Assembly (NCBI GenBank): GCA_964016885.1 | Contig: OZ024740.1 | Location: 155,496,001-155,560,000 of the forward strand | Source: Eledone cirrhosa | Lineage: Eukaryota | Direction: 5' to 3' | Length of the DNA: 64,000 bases | Position numbers and translations under genes: made by a program | In this document: piece after piece, positions 24,837 to 37,719 of the stretch | Numbering within the stretch: the stretch's first letter is position 1 | How the letters are laid out: every line of letters begins with the position of its first letter | Notes under the pieces: generated by a model | Databases searched by the model: none | Seen by the model: the letters and a program-made list of their open reading frames with translations, nothing else | Told to the model about the DNA's origin: nothing

Positions 24837-26164
24837 ATCACTCACTCCTGCCTTAAAGCCCCAAAAAAAGAAGGAGAGTTGTAAAGACAAAATAGCGATA
24901 ACTACACATTCCAAATACATGTTAGAAGAATGTAGAGTCTTACAACTGGTAATAATCTGGTACACTAACAACACACAACCACCACCACCTCTCTCTCTCT
25001 CTGTAATAAGTATAAAATGAAACACAACTAGATGGATTATGCAACAATACTTGAAGAACAAATTATGGTGAGACTAATACCTGTTATATCTTGAATGACT
25101 ATTCTACTAATAACTAAACCCTGTATCCACTCCTGGTCCTACAATACAAACTCATTTGTTTTAAAGTATTCACATTTATTTTAAAAAATCTTCCATCATA
25201 ATTTTATGTAAGAACCTTTGTTAAGTTATGCCCCAAAGACCAGGGTAATAACATGGCAGTTAATTTTTTTAAGGTGGTTGCAGTACTACAAGAAAAAGCA
25301 CCCAGTTTACTCTGTAAGGTGGTTGGCATTAAGAAGGGTATCCAGCGGTAGAAAACCAAGCCAAAAATGGGATACACGAGTAAGACGTAGTCACCTGACA
25401 TGTCTGGCTTCACAGTTCAACTAACCCATGAAAACATGGAAAATAGACATTAAATGGTGTTGACTTCAAATTCTTGATTATTCTCAAAATAATTGGAAAA
25501 TCACAGGCAATGATTTTCATTAGAAATATGGTAACAAAACAGCCAAACATGTGTGTGTGAGTGAATGAAAGCTGTATACATCTGCAAAAAACCCCTGTAA
25601 ACTGGGGCATTAAACAAAAATTCTTTGTGGTATATTTTCAACCCAAGCTGCACAGATATTCCTCTGTCACTCTCACTATTGCAAATGCAATGAACTAGTA
25701 ATTGGCCTGCTGAAAACCTGTAACCAATGACTATAATGTTTCACAAAATGCAAAATATAACATAAAATAAATACCATCATCATTTTGAGTTGAAATTATG
25801 TTAGCTAGGCAAATAAGGTTTGCAAAATTACAAAAAGTTGCGGAAATCATCAACTGTCTGACGAGGTATCATTTCCGGTGTAGATGACTAGTAAAATGGC
25901 AGCAGTAATATTGGCAAGACAACAATTTCACTTTCCTTTCTTGTATTCTTTAAATTGGCATGCTTTTAATAGGCATATTGTTAAAGTTAACCAGGCCAGA
26001 AATTGAGGTTGTTGGAGGACAGTTATGTAGTTGGTTGCATTTTAAAAATAATGAGCATTGTCTTCTATTTTTGCCTTAGACTGACCAATGCCTGTGAGTA
26101 AATTTGGTAGACAGAAACTGTACAGAAGCATGTTGTATGCATGTGTATATATATATATATATGT

Positions 26165-27172
26165 ATAGAAAATGTAGGAAAAACAAAAGTTTTAGAAAGT
26201 AGTAAGGAAGTGGCCTTGCTCAATATGTAGAAAAGGAGTAGGTACAAAAATAAATCTTAAAGGTGCACAAGAGGTGTAGTGGGATAGCTGGCAGTCTAAC
26301 AGAAGAACTATATTTCACATGTATGTGGCAGAGTATCAGTAAAATATACTTTTTTCCAATCCCATAAAGGTTCCGTAGAAGTTGACATATAGTTGACAGC
26401 TTCTGCTACCTAGGTGGTAGAAAAGGTTGCACTGAGACCATAGTAGCAAGAATAAGAACAGGATGTGAAAAATTACCACCGCTGTTAACAACAAAAAGTT
26501 TCTTTCTACAAAAGAAAGGCCGGCTGTATGATAACTGTATGTGAAGTGCGATGTTACATGACAGTGAGACACGAGCAATGAATGCAGAGGGTATATGAAG
26601 GTTAGAGAAAAATGAAGCAAGCATGCATGGAAAAATGGACGTAAAATGATGTTGATAAGGATGATGATGATATATATATATTCTGACCTTGTACACTTAC
26701 ACCTCTCTAAGACAATGTCACTGGATTGAGACTTTGGCGCTACGCAGTAATACCCACCTTCCCTACATACAAAGTTAAACTTACAGTCAGTAGGCACCTC
26801 TTAACCAAACATACACCCCAACCCACTACTCCTACTTCATCCTCCCACTTCCACCCACACCACCCCACCCTTTCTCTGTAAAGTTATATTGGTACCACAG
26901 AACATCCAGTCCACACTAAAGTGGTCATGTAGGTGTGACGACAAAAAGCAACCAGTCCACGCTGTAAAGTGGTCGTGTAGGAGACACGGTAAAAAGCTCC
27001 CAGTCCACACTGTAAATGTGGTTGGTGTTAGGAAGGGCATCCAGCTGCAGAAAACCTGCCAGATACAGCTCTATACGAGCGAGATAAGGTCACCCGATCA
27101 GTCTTGCCTCAAGTGGGACAACGCTAGCATGGAAGATAGATGTTAGATGATGATGATGATGATGATGATGAT
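26165..27172 (+). mobile_element. Old degenerate PHD-RT RTE fragment followed by a second 3'UTR/(GAT)n fragment
   Basis: ggaagtggccttgctcaatatgtag (GKWPCS), gcttctgctacctaggtg, aatgaagcaagcatg; 3'UTR blocks ttaggaagggcatccagctg. Confidence 0.75.
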
Positions 27173-27257
27173 ATAGTAGTAATAAAAATAAAATACAAAG
27201 ACCAAAATCCAGAGAGAAATTGATACGAGTTGTATATATAGAGATGTGCATTAAAAT

Positions 27258-27350
<93 letters not shown>

Positions 27351-27636
27351 AATAGAGCAATAGCACACATTAAAAGTTTAAGCAAACGATTTCTGCTTTC
27401 ACCCTACACATACACAGGCATATATTTGTCATGCACACATACTGACATATAGATGTGCATACATACAGACACAGACATAAGGCATTCCAGACATTTTTGT
27501 GGTGAATTTGCCGAATTGTCAAAGAAAAATTTCTTGTGGTATTTGTTCTGAGTTCAAATCCTGAAAAGGTTGTATTTGCCTTCCATCCATCTGGAGTCAG
27601 ATAATCAACTGTTCCCCTTTTTCAAATTATATACAT

Positions 27637-27782
27637 GACAGGCTTCTGCATTGTTTTCATCAACCAAATTTTACTCACAAGGCATCTTTTAACCTGAGGC
27701 TATAATGGAAGACACTTTTCCAATGTGTCATGCAGTATGACTGAACCTGAAACCATATAGTTGTGAAGCAAACTGCTTAATT
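27637..27782 (-). mobile_element. Family C SINE (degenerate)
   Basis: Reverse complement of the family C body (aagcagtttgcttcacaac..ggttcagtc..gtgtcttccattatagcctc). Confidence 0.55.
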
Positions 27783-28039
27783 ACATTATTATGGATGGTT
27801 TGTACATTAAATATGATAATTGCTGTATTTCAACAGTCTACTGGATTTCAAAAAGGACCTTTGACAGACAGTACTTTTCTGAGTATATGTACAGAGCTCA
27901 ATAGAGCAGTCTTTTGTAAGAGAGCAATTTGTAATTTGAGCTCTAGTTGCTTAAAACACCCTCTTGGTTGATGAGGTATTGAGCTCAAATCTCTAATAGC
28001 AACTACAATTAGATGTTGTTAGTATTATCTTGACACTGA

Positions 28040-28436
28040 TGGTATTGACAACATTCCTGCAATTTTGATCTTCAAGTCAGTATATGTTTTGTTAATTTTT
28101 CAATTTCTTTCAAGGCTATGTTGTGGTCTTCCAGGATGGTAACATCACTAATCTAGCATTCCTGTGTATTTCTGAGTATAACTATAATATCAAGTTTGTT
28201 GAGTTCAAGTCTGCTCCATTTGGATAGTAAAGTATCAAGGACACTTTCTAGGATGGGCGAGTCCAATTACCCATATTTTTTGCACAATGACCAGTGAAGA
28301 CTTTGTCATGTCTTCTTTTATACTCTTTTTGAGCTAGAATTTCACAAGCAGTTAATATGTAGGTGATACTTTCTGTATTGATTCCACACAGCCAGCACTT
28401 CACACTTTCACCAAGATGACATATCCTTTTAGTCAC
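28040..28436 (-). mobile_element. Remnant of an RLE-bearing non-LTR retrotransposon (R4/Dong-like C-terminus)
   Basis: CWLCGINTESITYILTACEILAQKEYKRRHDKV zinc knuckle plus RHD, followed by a degenerate PD-(D/E)xK region (NKLDIIV..SDVTILEDHNIALKEIEKL..YTDLKI). Confidence 0.78.
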
Positions 28437-28516
28437 CTTTATTATAGGTGCTGTTATATTAGATTCATCACAAGAACACAGATTTACAAGTCATGAGAAA
28501 GTGGGATGGCATGACA

Positions 28517-28734
28517 TTAACCCTTTAATGTTCAAACCGGCCAGAATTCTCTACCTTTTTCTGTTGAAACTGGCTGTAATTGGTCACTCAAACTGATGTT
28601 AAGGTACTGTTCTCAAAATAAATACTTTCAAAATCTCATAGATTCGATATTATGTGAGATAATTATACAAGGTAAAGCCTTTACCATGAAAATATAATAG
28701 TATATATAGAGTAATGTGAATTCTAAAGGGTTAA
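28517..28734. mobile_element. piggyBac-type MITE, family 1
   Basis: ttaacccttta ... ctaaagggttaa. Confidence 0.82.
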
Positions 28735-29289
28735 GGCAGTTTCTAAAAGGTGTTAGTAACCTAAGTGAAGGGCAGTGTTTTCTATAAAAAAATAAAATCT
28801 TCAAAAAATAAATACCAAACTGAGACTGCCAAGAGCTTACCTCTTGTTCTCAAGCATTCCTATAATATTATTTATTTATTTACATTAATGCATCGTTAGT
28901 ATTCAACACTTGCTACTGTCATCAGAGAGAGAGAGAAGTCAATGAAGTTTTATATAAATAGGATGTATTGCTACTGTGAGAAACAACACACATGTAGAAA
29001 GATGACAAAGCTTTTCTGTAGTCACTGGGATTGTTAAATAGAATAGGAAATCTACCTCAAAATAGCAGCCTGCTGTCTTTAATATAAAAAACAACACATT
29101 GGCTAATATAGTCCTATATAAAATAGCTCAAAAGAAGATGAAATGGTCATGGCTTGAACTCCCTACATTTTGAGGCCAGATGCCCTTACTGATACCAATG
29201 TTTATAGTCACTTTCAGGGAAGCTCCTCACTCACAACTAATTTTCAATATAATTAAATAAATCATTATTATTGATTTTTAACATAGGTC

Positions 29290-29750
29290 AGAAGAAAAAG
29301 CATTTTGGAGAACTGATTATTTTTATCCTGGTATCTTATTTTCCCAGCCCTAAATGAGTGAATGATAAATTCAACTTTGGCCTGCTTATAATAATAGGCA
29401 CTAGGCTAAATATTTTAAAGAAGAGAACAGTTAATTGTATCAATCCCCATTATTTAACTGGTATTTTATTTTACTGACTTCAGAAAGATCAATGGTGAAG
29501 TCAACTTTGGCTTGTTTATAATAGTTTCTAGCACGATGATGATGATGATAGGCACAAGGCTAGAAATTTAGAACTGACTAGTTAAGTAAATCAACCCCAG
29601 TACCTGATTGATACTTTACTTTATCGAACCCCAGAAAGCTGAAAGGCAAAGTTAGACTTGGCAGGATTGGAATTCAGAATATAAAGAACCAAAACAAATG
29701 CTGCTTGGGATTTTGTATGATGCTTTAACTATTCTGCTAATACACTGCCC
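29290..29750 (-). mobile_element. Tandem degenerate family A SINEs
   Basis: Repeated ttttattt..gaaag..ggcaaagt blocks. Confidence 0.55.
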
Positions 29751-30421
29751 TATTGTCTTGCTTACAATAATAGAATTTTCTGATATAACCATGAGATCAA
29801 ACTCTCTTGGGAAGAAAACAGTTGATTATATTGACTGCAGTACTCAATATTTTATTGAAAATATAAATATGGTGTCTATAGACTACTAATATATATGCTG
29901 TCACTATATAGTATACATTAATATATATGTAGTTAATTTACACTAATTTTACTTTTGTACAGCTATTTTCAGTATGATTGAAGCTGATAATTAAATGAAT
30001 AAACACAGAAAATATAATTAACACAAGAATTATGAATCACCAGAGAATAAGTGAAGATAAGAACTGTCAGTTTTATAATATGAACAAATATCTTGATTTG
30101 TTTTTGTGGTATATTTTATTTTAAATATGTATACTCTTTTACCTGTTTCAGCCATCCGGCTGAGGCCATGCTATTTTATAATTTTTTACACATACGCACA
30201 CATGAAAGGTTATAAGATCAAGGGTTCACTTTCAGAACCAGACAGTATGTTGTGTTCTTGAACAAAATAAATTATTTCACATTGTTACTTATGACAGGTG
30301 TTGTGACCAACAGATAGTATCAACAATGGAAACATCATTCCTTGGTCTGATCTGACAATGTTCCATGTGGTGGAATCAAACTAAAACCTGCATGGTTGAA
30401 CATTGAACTTCTTAACCATAC

Positions 30422-30562
<141 letters not shown>

Positions 30563-30773
30563 AAGTGGTCGTGTAGGCGTCACAACAAAAAGCACCCAGT
30601 ACTCACTGTAAAAGAGTTGATGGCGTTAGGAGGGTATCCAGCTGTAGAAACCAAGCCAGAATCAGTCCTGCATGAGCAAGACAAGGTCACCTGACCTAGC
30701 ATTGCCCACAACAGGACAACCCATCTAACCCATGCTAGTGTGGAAAATGGACGCAAGACGGAGGTGATGATGA
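30563..30773 (+). mobile_element. Short retroposed 3' tail shared with the PHD-RT LINE 3'UTR
   Basis: aaaagcacccag..ctgtaaa..ttaggagggtatccagctgtagaaa..ccatgctagtgtggaaaatggacg..gatgatgat. Confidence 0.8.
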
Positions 30774-30810
30774 TATATGTATACATACACACAAATATAT
30801 ATATATATAT

Positions 30811-30990
30811 CCTCTGCAAAATCCTACTTCAGTGCCTCAAAAGTGGCGCAGCAGTGACCCTGGCTGTCTGATAGCTACGGTAGTGGGACTCAATGTCCTG
30901 GCAGGTTTTACCATGCTACACAGGTATCAGACTATTGGTCCTAGAGATGATTCATCATCTTCTAGAGTTCAAAAGGTAGCTAAACTGAAG
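30811..30990 (+). ncRNA. Candidate HDV-like ribozyme at the LINE 5' end
   Basis: P1 ctctgc/gcag(c)ag, P2 cttcagt/actgaag (7/7), P3 gcc/ggc, L3 tcaaaagt, P1.1 ca/tg, long P4, J4/2 CTAA at 30980-30983. Confidence 0.65.
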
Positions 30991-33758
30991 AGGTACCGGC
31001 CTGCCTGCCCAGCCAGTGGGATGGTGTTATCTTATGGCTAAAACAGCACAAAGTGCAACCCGAGCAATGAGAGGCTGCTAAGAATCACAGGTTCCCGAAG
31101 GCCACCCTGGAACAAGACTAACCTTGCCATATGCACCTACAACTGCAGGTCTTTGGCAGGGGGGCAAGGACTGAACCACCTAATGGAGGAGAAGAAGAAG
31201 ATCAGGTGCGACATGTTAGAGCTGTGCGAGACCCGCCAGAAGAAGGAGGCGAGTTCGCGATGGCAAGATGGATGCGCCGTGAGACTCGGGAAAGCAGAGG
31301 GTGCCAGATCGGTCAGAGATATAGGGTTCATCGTAAGCAGGGAATGGGTTTCGAAGGTCGCTTCTTGCCAGTTCATATCATCACGGATTGGTGTACTGAA
31401 CGTGAACCTCTCAGGGAAGGCCACCCTCAAGATCATCCAGACCTACACTCCCACAAGTGCCAGCCACGACGATGAGGTAGAAGAATTCTATCGCCAGCTA
31501 GACAAAGTGCTAGCTGTGAAGTCCACTTACATCGTCGTGGTGGGAGACTTCAACGCAAAGGTCGGACGGCAAGGGGAAGAGTATGTCGGAAGATTCGGCC
31601 TAGGACAGCGAAATGACAGAGGAGAGTGTCTGGTCACCATGGCGGAGGCGAGATGGCTCTATATCGGAAACAGCCTATTCAGGAAGAAGGAGAAGAGATG
31701 GATCTGGGTAATGCCAAATTCTGAGCACCGAAACGAGATTGACTACATCCTGGTCGACAAGCGACGCATACTGCAGGACGTCTCCATCTTAACACCATTC
31801 AACACTGGTGAGGGCGAAGGTCGTCATCGACCGGACGAGGGAGAAGAAGGCGCTGCATTTTGCGTCGAAGGGATAACGTGTCGGGGTCTTCAACGAGACA
31901 CAGCTGCAGGAAGCTATCATGCAGGAAAACTGGTGTCAAGGAGACGGCATAGACGCTGACTACGACTCACTGATAAGGAAACTGAAGGAGTGCTTGAGGA
32001 AGGCTAAGGGTGTGTGCCCGAGGGAGCGGAAGGGAAGAGTCTCGGAGGAAACTATGAAGTTGCTTGAGAAGAGGAAGAATATGAAGAGGACACCTGAAGA
32101 TCACCTCGAATATTCCATTCTCAGCAGAGTGATAAGTCAACAACTGAAGAGAGACTTCGAGGCATACCGGATGGAGAAGCTCCTGAAGGCCGCAGAGGAA
32201 AAGAAGAGCCTCAAGAAATGCGAGAGGGGCATGGCAATGTACAGATCGGAAGTAACGACCCTGAAGAACACAGCTGGAGTACCGGTCAGCAACAAGAGTG
32301 AGGTGGAAAAGGTTTGCGAAGACTTCTACACCAGTCAGCGAGGTCGAAAGAGCTGTCAGCTTGATGAAAAGCGGAAAGGCGCCAGGGAAAGACAGCATAA
32401 CATCGGAGGTGTTGAAGTCAGCTGGAGAGCAGCTCTGGAAAATCCTCGCTGAGCGATTCACACACTATCTGGATGAGGGAAGAATACCCTCACAGTGGAA
32501 AGAGCCGAATACCATCCTGCTATACAAGAAGGGCGATAGAGAAGATCTGAAGAACTACCAACCCATATGCCTGCTGTCTCACATGTACAAGCTGTTCACG
32601 AAGATAATCCTGAACAGGTTATCACGTCATCTGGACGAACAGCAACTGAGAGAGCAAGCCGGCTTCCGGAAGAACTACAGCACGATGGACCACATATTTA
32701 CTCTGACACAACTGCTTGAGCGAGTGAAAGAGTACAAGATGCCTCTTTGCATCGCGTTCGTAGACTACAAGAAGGCCTTCGACAGCGTCAAAATCAATGC
32801 AGTGCTGAACTCGCTGCAGAGGCAAGGAGTCGAGGCGCAATACGTTCAACTGCTCAGGGAGGCGAGTTCCGGATGCACCACCGACATAGCTCTGCTGTCA
32901 TCACCCGTACGAGTGCCGGTCGAGAAGGGAGTGAAGCAAGGAGATACGATCTCTCCAAAACTTTTCACCGCGTGTCTCGAGCAGATCATCAGAGGCATTG
33001 ACTGGCAAGGCGGTGTCAACATCAACGGCGAGATACTTACCCACCTCCGTTTCGCTGATGACATCGTACTCATCGCTGAAACCACAGATCAGCTTCAGAC
33101 CATGCTGACGGAGCTCTGCAGTAGGCCTCAAGATGAACCGCATGAAAACGAAGTTCATGCAGTCCGACAACGTACCAACAGGTCGAATGGTGGTTGGCAG
33201 TGATGAAATAGAGGAGGTGGAGGAATACGTCTACCTAGGACAAGAAGTGTACATGTGCCGAGACATTGAGAGGGAGATCTCGCGGAGAGTAAGGGCCGGA
33301 TGGAAGGCGTTCAACGGCATAAGGGATGTGCTCAAGGGGAGGTAGGACAAGACCACCCGCGCCAACCTCTTCAATAGCACAGTTTTACCTGCAATGTTAT
33401 ATGGCAGTGAAACTTGGGCTACAACGAAGAGAGAAGAGCAGAGGCAGGTAACGGCTCAAAGAGCCATGGAGAGATCAATGCTAGGAATCTCGTTGAGAGA
33501 GCACATCAGGAGCGAAGTCATCAGACAGAAGTCCGGCGTGAGGGACATCATCACAGAATATATGCGCAGCAAGTTCAGATGGGCTGGACACGTCGCCCAG
33601 TTCACCGATAATCAGTGGACTCGCGCAGTTGCCGAGTGGTACCCGCGCGAACGGAAACGACTATTCAGAAGGCCTCCACGAAGGTGGAGTTACGATTTTA
33701 GGAATATGATTGGGACTACATGGATGAGGACAGCACGATCCAGAGAGGAATGGACGAC

Positions 33759-34066
33759 GTGCTGTGACCAGCGGCGCTGAATGGACGCCCGACAGACTAG
33801 TCGGTCGGGCGTGCTGTGACCAGCGGCGCTGAATGGGCGCCCGACAGACTAGTCGGTCGGGTGTGCTGTGACCAGCGGCGCTGAATGGACGCCCGACAGA
33901 CTAGTCGGTCGGGCGTGCTGTGACCAGCGGCGCTGAATAGGCGCCCGACAGAATAGTCGGTCGGGTGTGCTGTGACCAGCGGCGCTGAATAGGCGCCCGA
34001 CAGACTAGTCGGTCCGGCGTGCTGTGACCAGCGGCGCTGAATGGACACCCGACAGACTAGTCGGTC
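33759..34066 (+). repeat. Six tandem 52-bp units spanning the LINE stop codon and 3' stem-loop
   Basis: Units start at 33759, 33811, 33863, 33915, 33967 and 34019. Confidence 0.95.
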
Positions 34067-34152
34067 AAGGTGATCAAGGTGATATATATATATACAATTA
34101 TCATGATATACATGTGTGTGCATATTATATATATGTGTGTGTGTGTGTATGT

Positions 34153-34400
34153 TATATTGGTACCACAAAACATCCAGCCCACACTGTAAAGTGGTTGTGT
34201 AAAAGACATGGTAAAAAACACCCAGCACATATGTAAATGTGGTTGGCACTAGGAAGGGCATCCAGACGTAGAAAACTAGCCAGAAACAGTCCTATATCAG
34301 CAAGACATGGTAACCAGCCCCAACATGCCTCTAAATGGGACAAACCCGTCTGACCCATGTTAGCTTGGAAGATGAACATTAAACAATGATGATGATGACG
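34153..34400 (+). mobile_element. Short retroposed LINE/SINE 3' tail with (GAT)n
   Basis: Same block order as 2560-2855 and 26880-27172. Confidence 0.75.
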
Positions 34401-34409
34401 ATATATATA

Positions 34410-34960
34410 GTAAAATTATGTATTCTGTGTTTACACGACATGCAATGGCAATTTCTAGCCATATTTGGGACCTCCAAGACAACAATATTACCTACCATCT
34501 AAGTTGGAGTATACTTTCCAAGGCAAAATCTTACTCGGGAGGACGCCGTCCATGCAATTTATGCTTGGAGGAAACGATCCAGAAGGACCAACTCTTAAAC
34601 AAATAGGATGAACTTGTTACCTCGTGTAAACACAGAATACATAGGACATATCTTACCTTCAAACCCCCTCACGACTTGGGTGGGTAAGATCTCAGCTGTA
34701 TCTCTTTCCTATTTACAAACTAAGATAGAGGAAACCCCAAGCATACTTAGGTAGAAGTGAACATTTTTTCTCTTTTTCTTTTCTTTTTTTTTCATTAGTT
34801 ACACACTCTAATTACACTTAGGTGGATCTTTGCATATCTACACTATTATATTCAGTTTCCATTCTTCCTTAGGTTAACCCAAATATTTTCACGCTTGTTA
34901 AATATACATAGTACCGGTGGAACACATAACCATAGTTTTTTCTGGGTGTATCATTTAGAA
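34410..34960 (+). mobile_element. Truncated Penelope-like element (GIY-YIG C-terminus) with short 5' inversion
   Basis: ISSHIWDLQDNNITYHLSWSILSKAKSYSGGRRPCNLCLEE..LLNK*DELVTSCKHR; 34417-34438 is the reverse complement of 34622-34643. Confidence 0.8.
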
Positions 34961-34963
34961 GAT

Positions 34964-35152
34964 AATTGTTTCTACTTTTGGCACAAGGCCAGCAATTACC
35001 CAGTACATTACTGCTACTTTATTTTATGGACCCCGTAAAGATGAAAGGCAAAGTTAATCTCGACGGGATTTGAACTCAAACTGTAAAGGGACGTAACTAT
35101 GCTAGAAAGCATGGCGTCCAAACCTCTACTGATACTGCCAATTGACCGCCCT
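34964..35152 (-). mobile_element. Family A SINE with 14-bp target-site duplication
   Basis: atttagaagataat at 34953-34966 and 35155-35168. Confidence 0.88.
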
Positions 35153-35965
35153 TTATTTAGAAGATAATATTGATAAATTACTACATTGAGGTGCCGTTCC
35201 ATTGCATTAGAGTAACTAATAACAACATTTTATTAATTAGGAATTTAATTAGTATTAACTTCTATATGCTTTGCTCTTTAGCCAACTGTTAGACCTGGCA
35301 TACTCACTCTACAACATTCCTTGATTCTCATATGTTGATTTTACCCCCATTAGAAATAGTTTTAAAGAATTCTCTCTTAACACATGATTGGCCTGGCATC
35401 CACAGGTCAGAATGTCACCTTACTCCCTCCCCTTTGTTCTACAGGCTAGTTCATCCCCCCCCCCTCCTGTTGCTATGAAGGAATTTAACCATGTACATGA
35501 CATCCCAAAATCATTGACCACTCCCTGTGAAAGACAAGAAAATCATTCAGGTAGGTCCCCGCCGTCCTAATACTACTGGTTTAGTTCAGATCTAGCTGTC
35601 GAAACAGCCGGAGGTCAGCCGTCGAGGTTCTGACTCTTTTCCTATATATATATATATATATAGCTGTGTAGTCTGGATGGAAGGTTCACTTTACAACCAT
35701 GCGGGTTTGGATTTTATCCCACCACACAGAACACTGGGCTAATCCTTTAAATTAGAGGTACAAACCCATTCAAATGACCCAAGGACATTTTACCTAAGGT
35801 GCTTCACAATAGGATTGAACCCAAAACCTTGTAATTAAGGAAACCTTTTAACCATTCTGTCATGCTTGTGCCAATACATGTATATGAAGTAAATGGATTC
35901 TCTGTTAGTATTGATAATGTCTGTTCCAGGTGTTTGATCAACAGAACTATCTTATTGTATTATAG

Positions 35966-36021
35966 TTTAAGCAAGTTCAGTATGACCTTGTACGTGACAA
36001 AACTGGCCATTCAAATCATAG
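35966..36021 (+). CDS. Candidate internal host exon (phase 0 to 2): FKQVQYDLVRDKTGHSNH(R)
   Basis: Acceptor ttattgtattatAG, donor ag|GTaaca, 56 nt; phase compatible with 4938-5002. Confidence 0.45.
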
Positions 36022-36586
36022 GTAACATCTATTTGATGGGCTTCTGTTTTCACTTATAATGTAGAGTAGTGAGAACTCTTTAGCCTTGTAGAACACAACA
36101 TGACTAGTGCTGGTGTCATGATAAAATATAATGGTTGGCAAATATGTGGAGACAATGTAGGATCAAGATTTCCTTTTAGTGTGGCCAGAAATATTACAAA
36201 ATCTTTAGTATTGGTGCAATATTAAAATACATTCAGCATACTATGTAAAGAGTGTACTGGTTGGATTCAGCTGAAGAAATCATGCCAAAAATGGAACATA
36301 ACAAGCAAGACATCTCTGCTCCATCTAAGAAGGCAGTAATGCCAAACAAGAACAAACTCAGACTGTGCTGACCTGCTCAACCCATGCCATAATGGAAAGC
36401 AAACATAAAATAGTTATGATGTTAACAATTTAGATTCATCTGAAACTTATGTAGAAACATCTGCCCTAGGTGACACACTAATTGATTTAACTCATGAAAC
36501 ATATTTCCTAACCATTTGGCTATGCTTATGCTCACCTATATTTAAGTAAATAGTATTCATATACATACATATATATATATATATAT

Positions 36587-36732
36587 GCAGAGGTTATATT
36601 TAATTTGTTGGGATTCAACAAGCTTAAACATTTTTATAACTGATATAAAGCACTCAACAATTAGTGGAGTAAATATACAATATATTAACAAATGGAAACT
36701 ATATTTATAAAACCATATTTATTTTATTATAC
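36587..36732. mobile_element. Partial copy of the hammerhead-bearing repeat family seen at 49333 and 51260
   Basis: tatttaatttgttgg..gcactcaaca..ggagtaaatat..aaatggaaactatatttataaaaccatatttattttatt. Confidence 0.7.
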
Positions 36733-36738
36733 ATATAT

Positions 36739-36812
36739 ATGGCAGCGATAATGAGGGACAGAGACCGCTGGAGAGAACTCGTCCATGGATCTCGGGAATT
36801 TTACCCGCCTTA
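36739..36812 (+). mobile_element. Tiny 3' fragment of another RTE-type LINE in (TA)n
   Basis: Encodes MAAIMRDRDRWRELVHGSREFYPP*; DR..WR is the typical RTE ORF C-terminus. Confidence 0.55.
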
Positions 36813-36816
36813 GATA

Positions 36817-37090
36817 TATATATTCAAGTTGATAATATTGAAACACATGACACATACATATATTCAAGTTGATACCATTCTTACACATACATATATTAAA
36901 GTTGATAGCATTCATACACATATATATATTCAAGTTGATAGCATTCTTACATATTCATATTGAATTTGATAGCATTCATACACATATATGCAATGAAGTT
37001 GCTAGCATTCATACATACACATATTCATGTTAATAGCATTCAGACACATACATATATTCATGTAGATAGTAATCATATACATACATATAT
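36817..37090. repeat. Degenerate minisatellite of about 33 bp (atattcaagttgatagcattcatacacatac), continued at about 43955-44105
   Basis: About 8 units here and 4-5 units on the far side of a nested insertion block. Confidence 0.8.
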
Positions 37091-37663
37091 ACAATGTCAC
37101 TGGACCGAGACCTTTGGCGGTACTCAGTAATAGAGAAGACCCGCCTTACCTAAATACATAGTAAAACCTACTACAGTCAGTAGGCATCTCTAACAAAATA
37201 CACCCCCGTCCCACCACCCCCACCCCATCCACACCGCCCCCTTCTATGTAAAGTTATGTTGGTGCCACACCATCCAGGCCGAAACAAATGAGATCGTGTA
37301 GGTGTCACGACAAAAAAACACACAGTCCACGCTGTAATGTGGCCGTGTAGGTAACACGGTAAAAACCTCCCAGCCCCACACTGTAAATGTGGTTGGTGTT
37401 AGGAAGGGCATCCAGCTGTAGAAAACCTGCCAGACAGTCCACGCTGTAATGTGGCCGTGTAGGCAACACGGTAAAAACCTCCTAGCCCCACACTGTAAAT
37501 GTGGTTGGTGTTAGGAAGGGCATCCAACTGTAGAAAACCTGCCAGACAGTCCTATGCGAGCAAGACAATCACTCTTGCCTCAAGTGGGAAAACCCCCGTC
37601 CAAACCCATGCAAGCATGGAACACGGACGTTAAACGTTGATGATGATGATGATGATGATGATG
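37091..37663 (+). mobile_element. 3' end of the PHD-RT RTE LINE with duplicated 3'UTR block
   Basis: Matches 2398-2855 and 42394-42961; (GAT)n tail. Confidence 0.92.
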
Positions 37664-37719
37664 TTGAAAGCATTCATATGCATACATATACATATATATA
37701 TATATATACAGATAAATCC

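Larger units (their letters stand above)
30811..34083 (+). mobile_element. Near full-length RTE-1-like LINE (second family, GC-rich), with frameshifts and internal deletions
   Basis: APE (ICTYNCRSL, ELCETR, VVGDFNAKVG, EIDYIL), RT (QAGFRK, FVDYKKAFD, GVKQGDTISP, LRFADD), C-terminal RWAGHV..WYPR..RPP.RW; tail (TCAAGGTGA)2; (TA)n on both sides. Confidence 0.95.

Noticed and set aside
25858-25900. ctgacga motif and a GC-richer patch as possible ribozyme or exon
   Set aside because: No downstream GAAA/UH, and the frames I read close quickly without good splice sites
33759-34066. CRISPR-like palindromic repeat array
   Set aside because: Units are contiguous with no unique spacers, no cas genes are present, and the array lies inside a eukaryotic LINE 3' end
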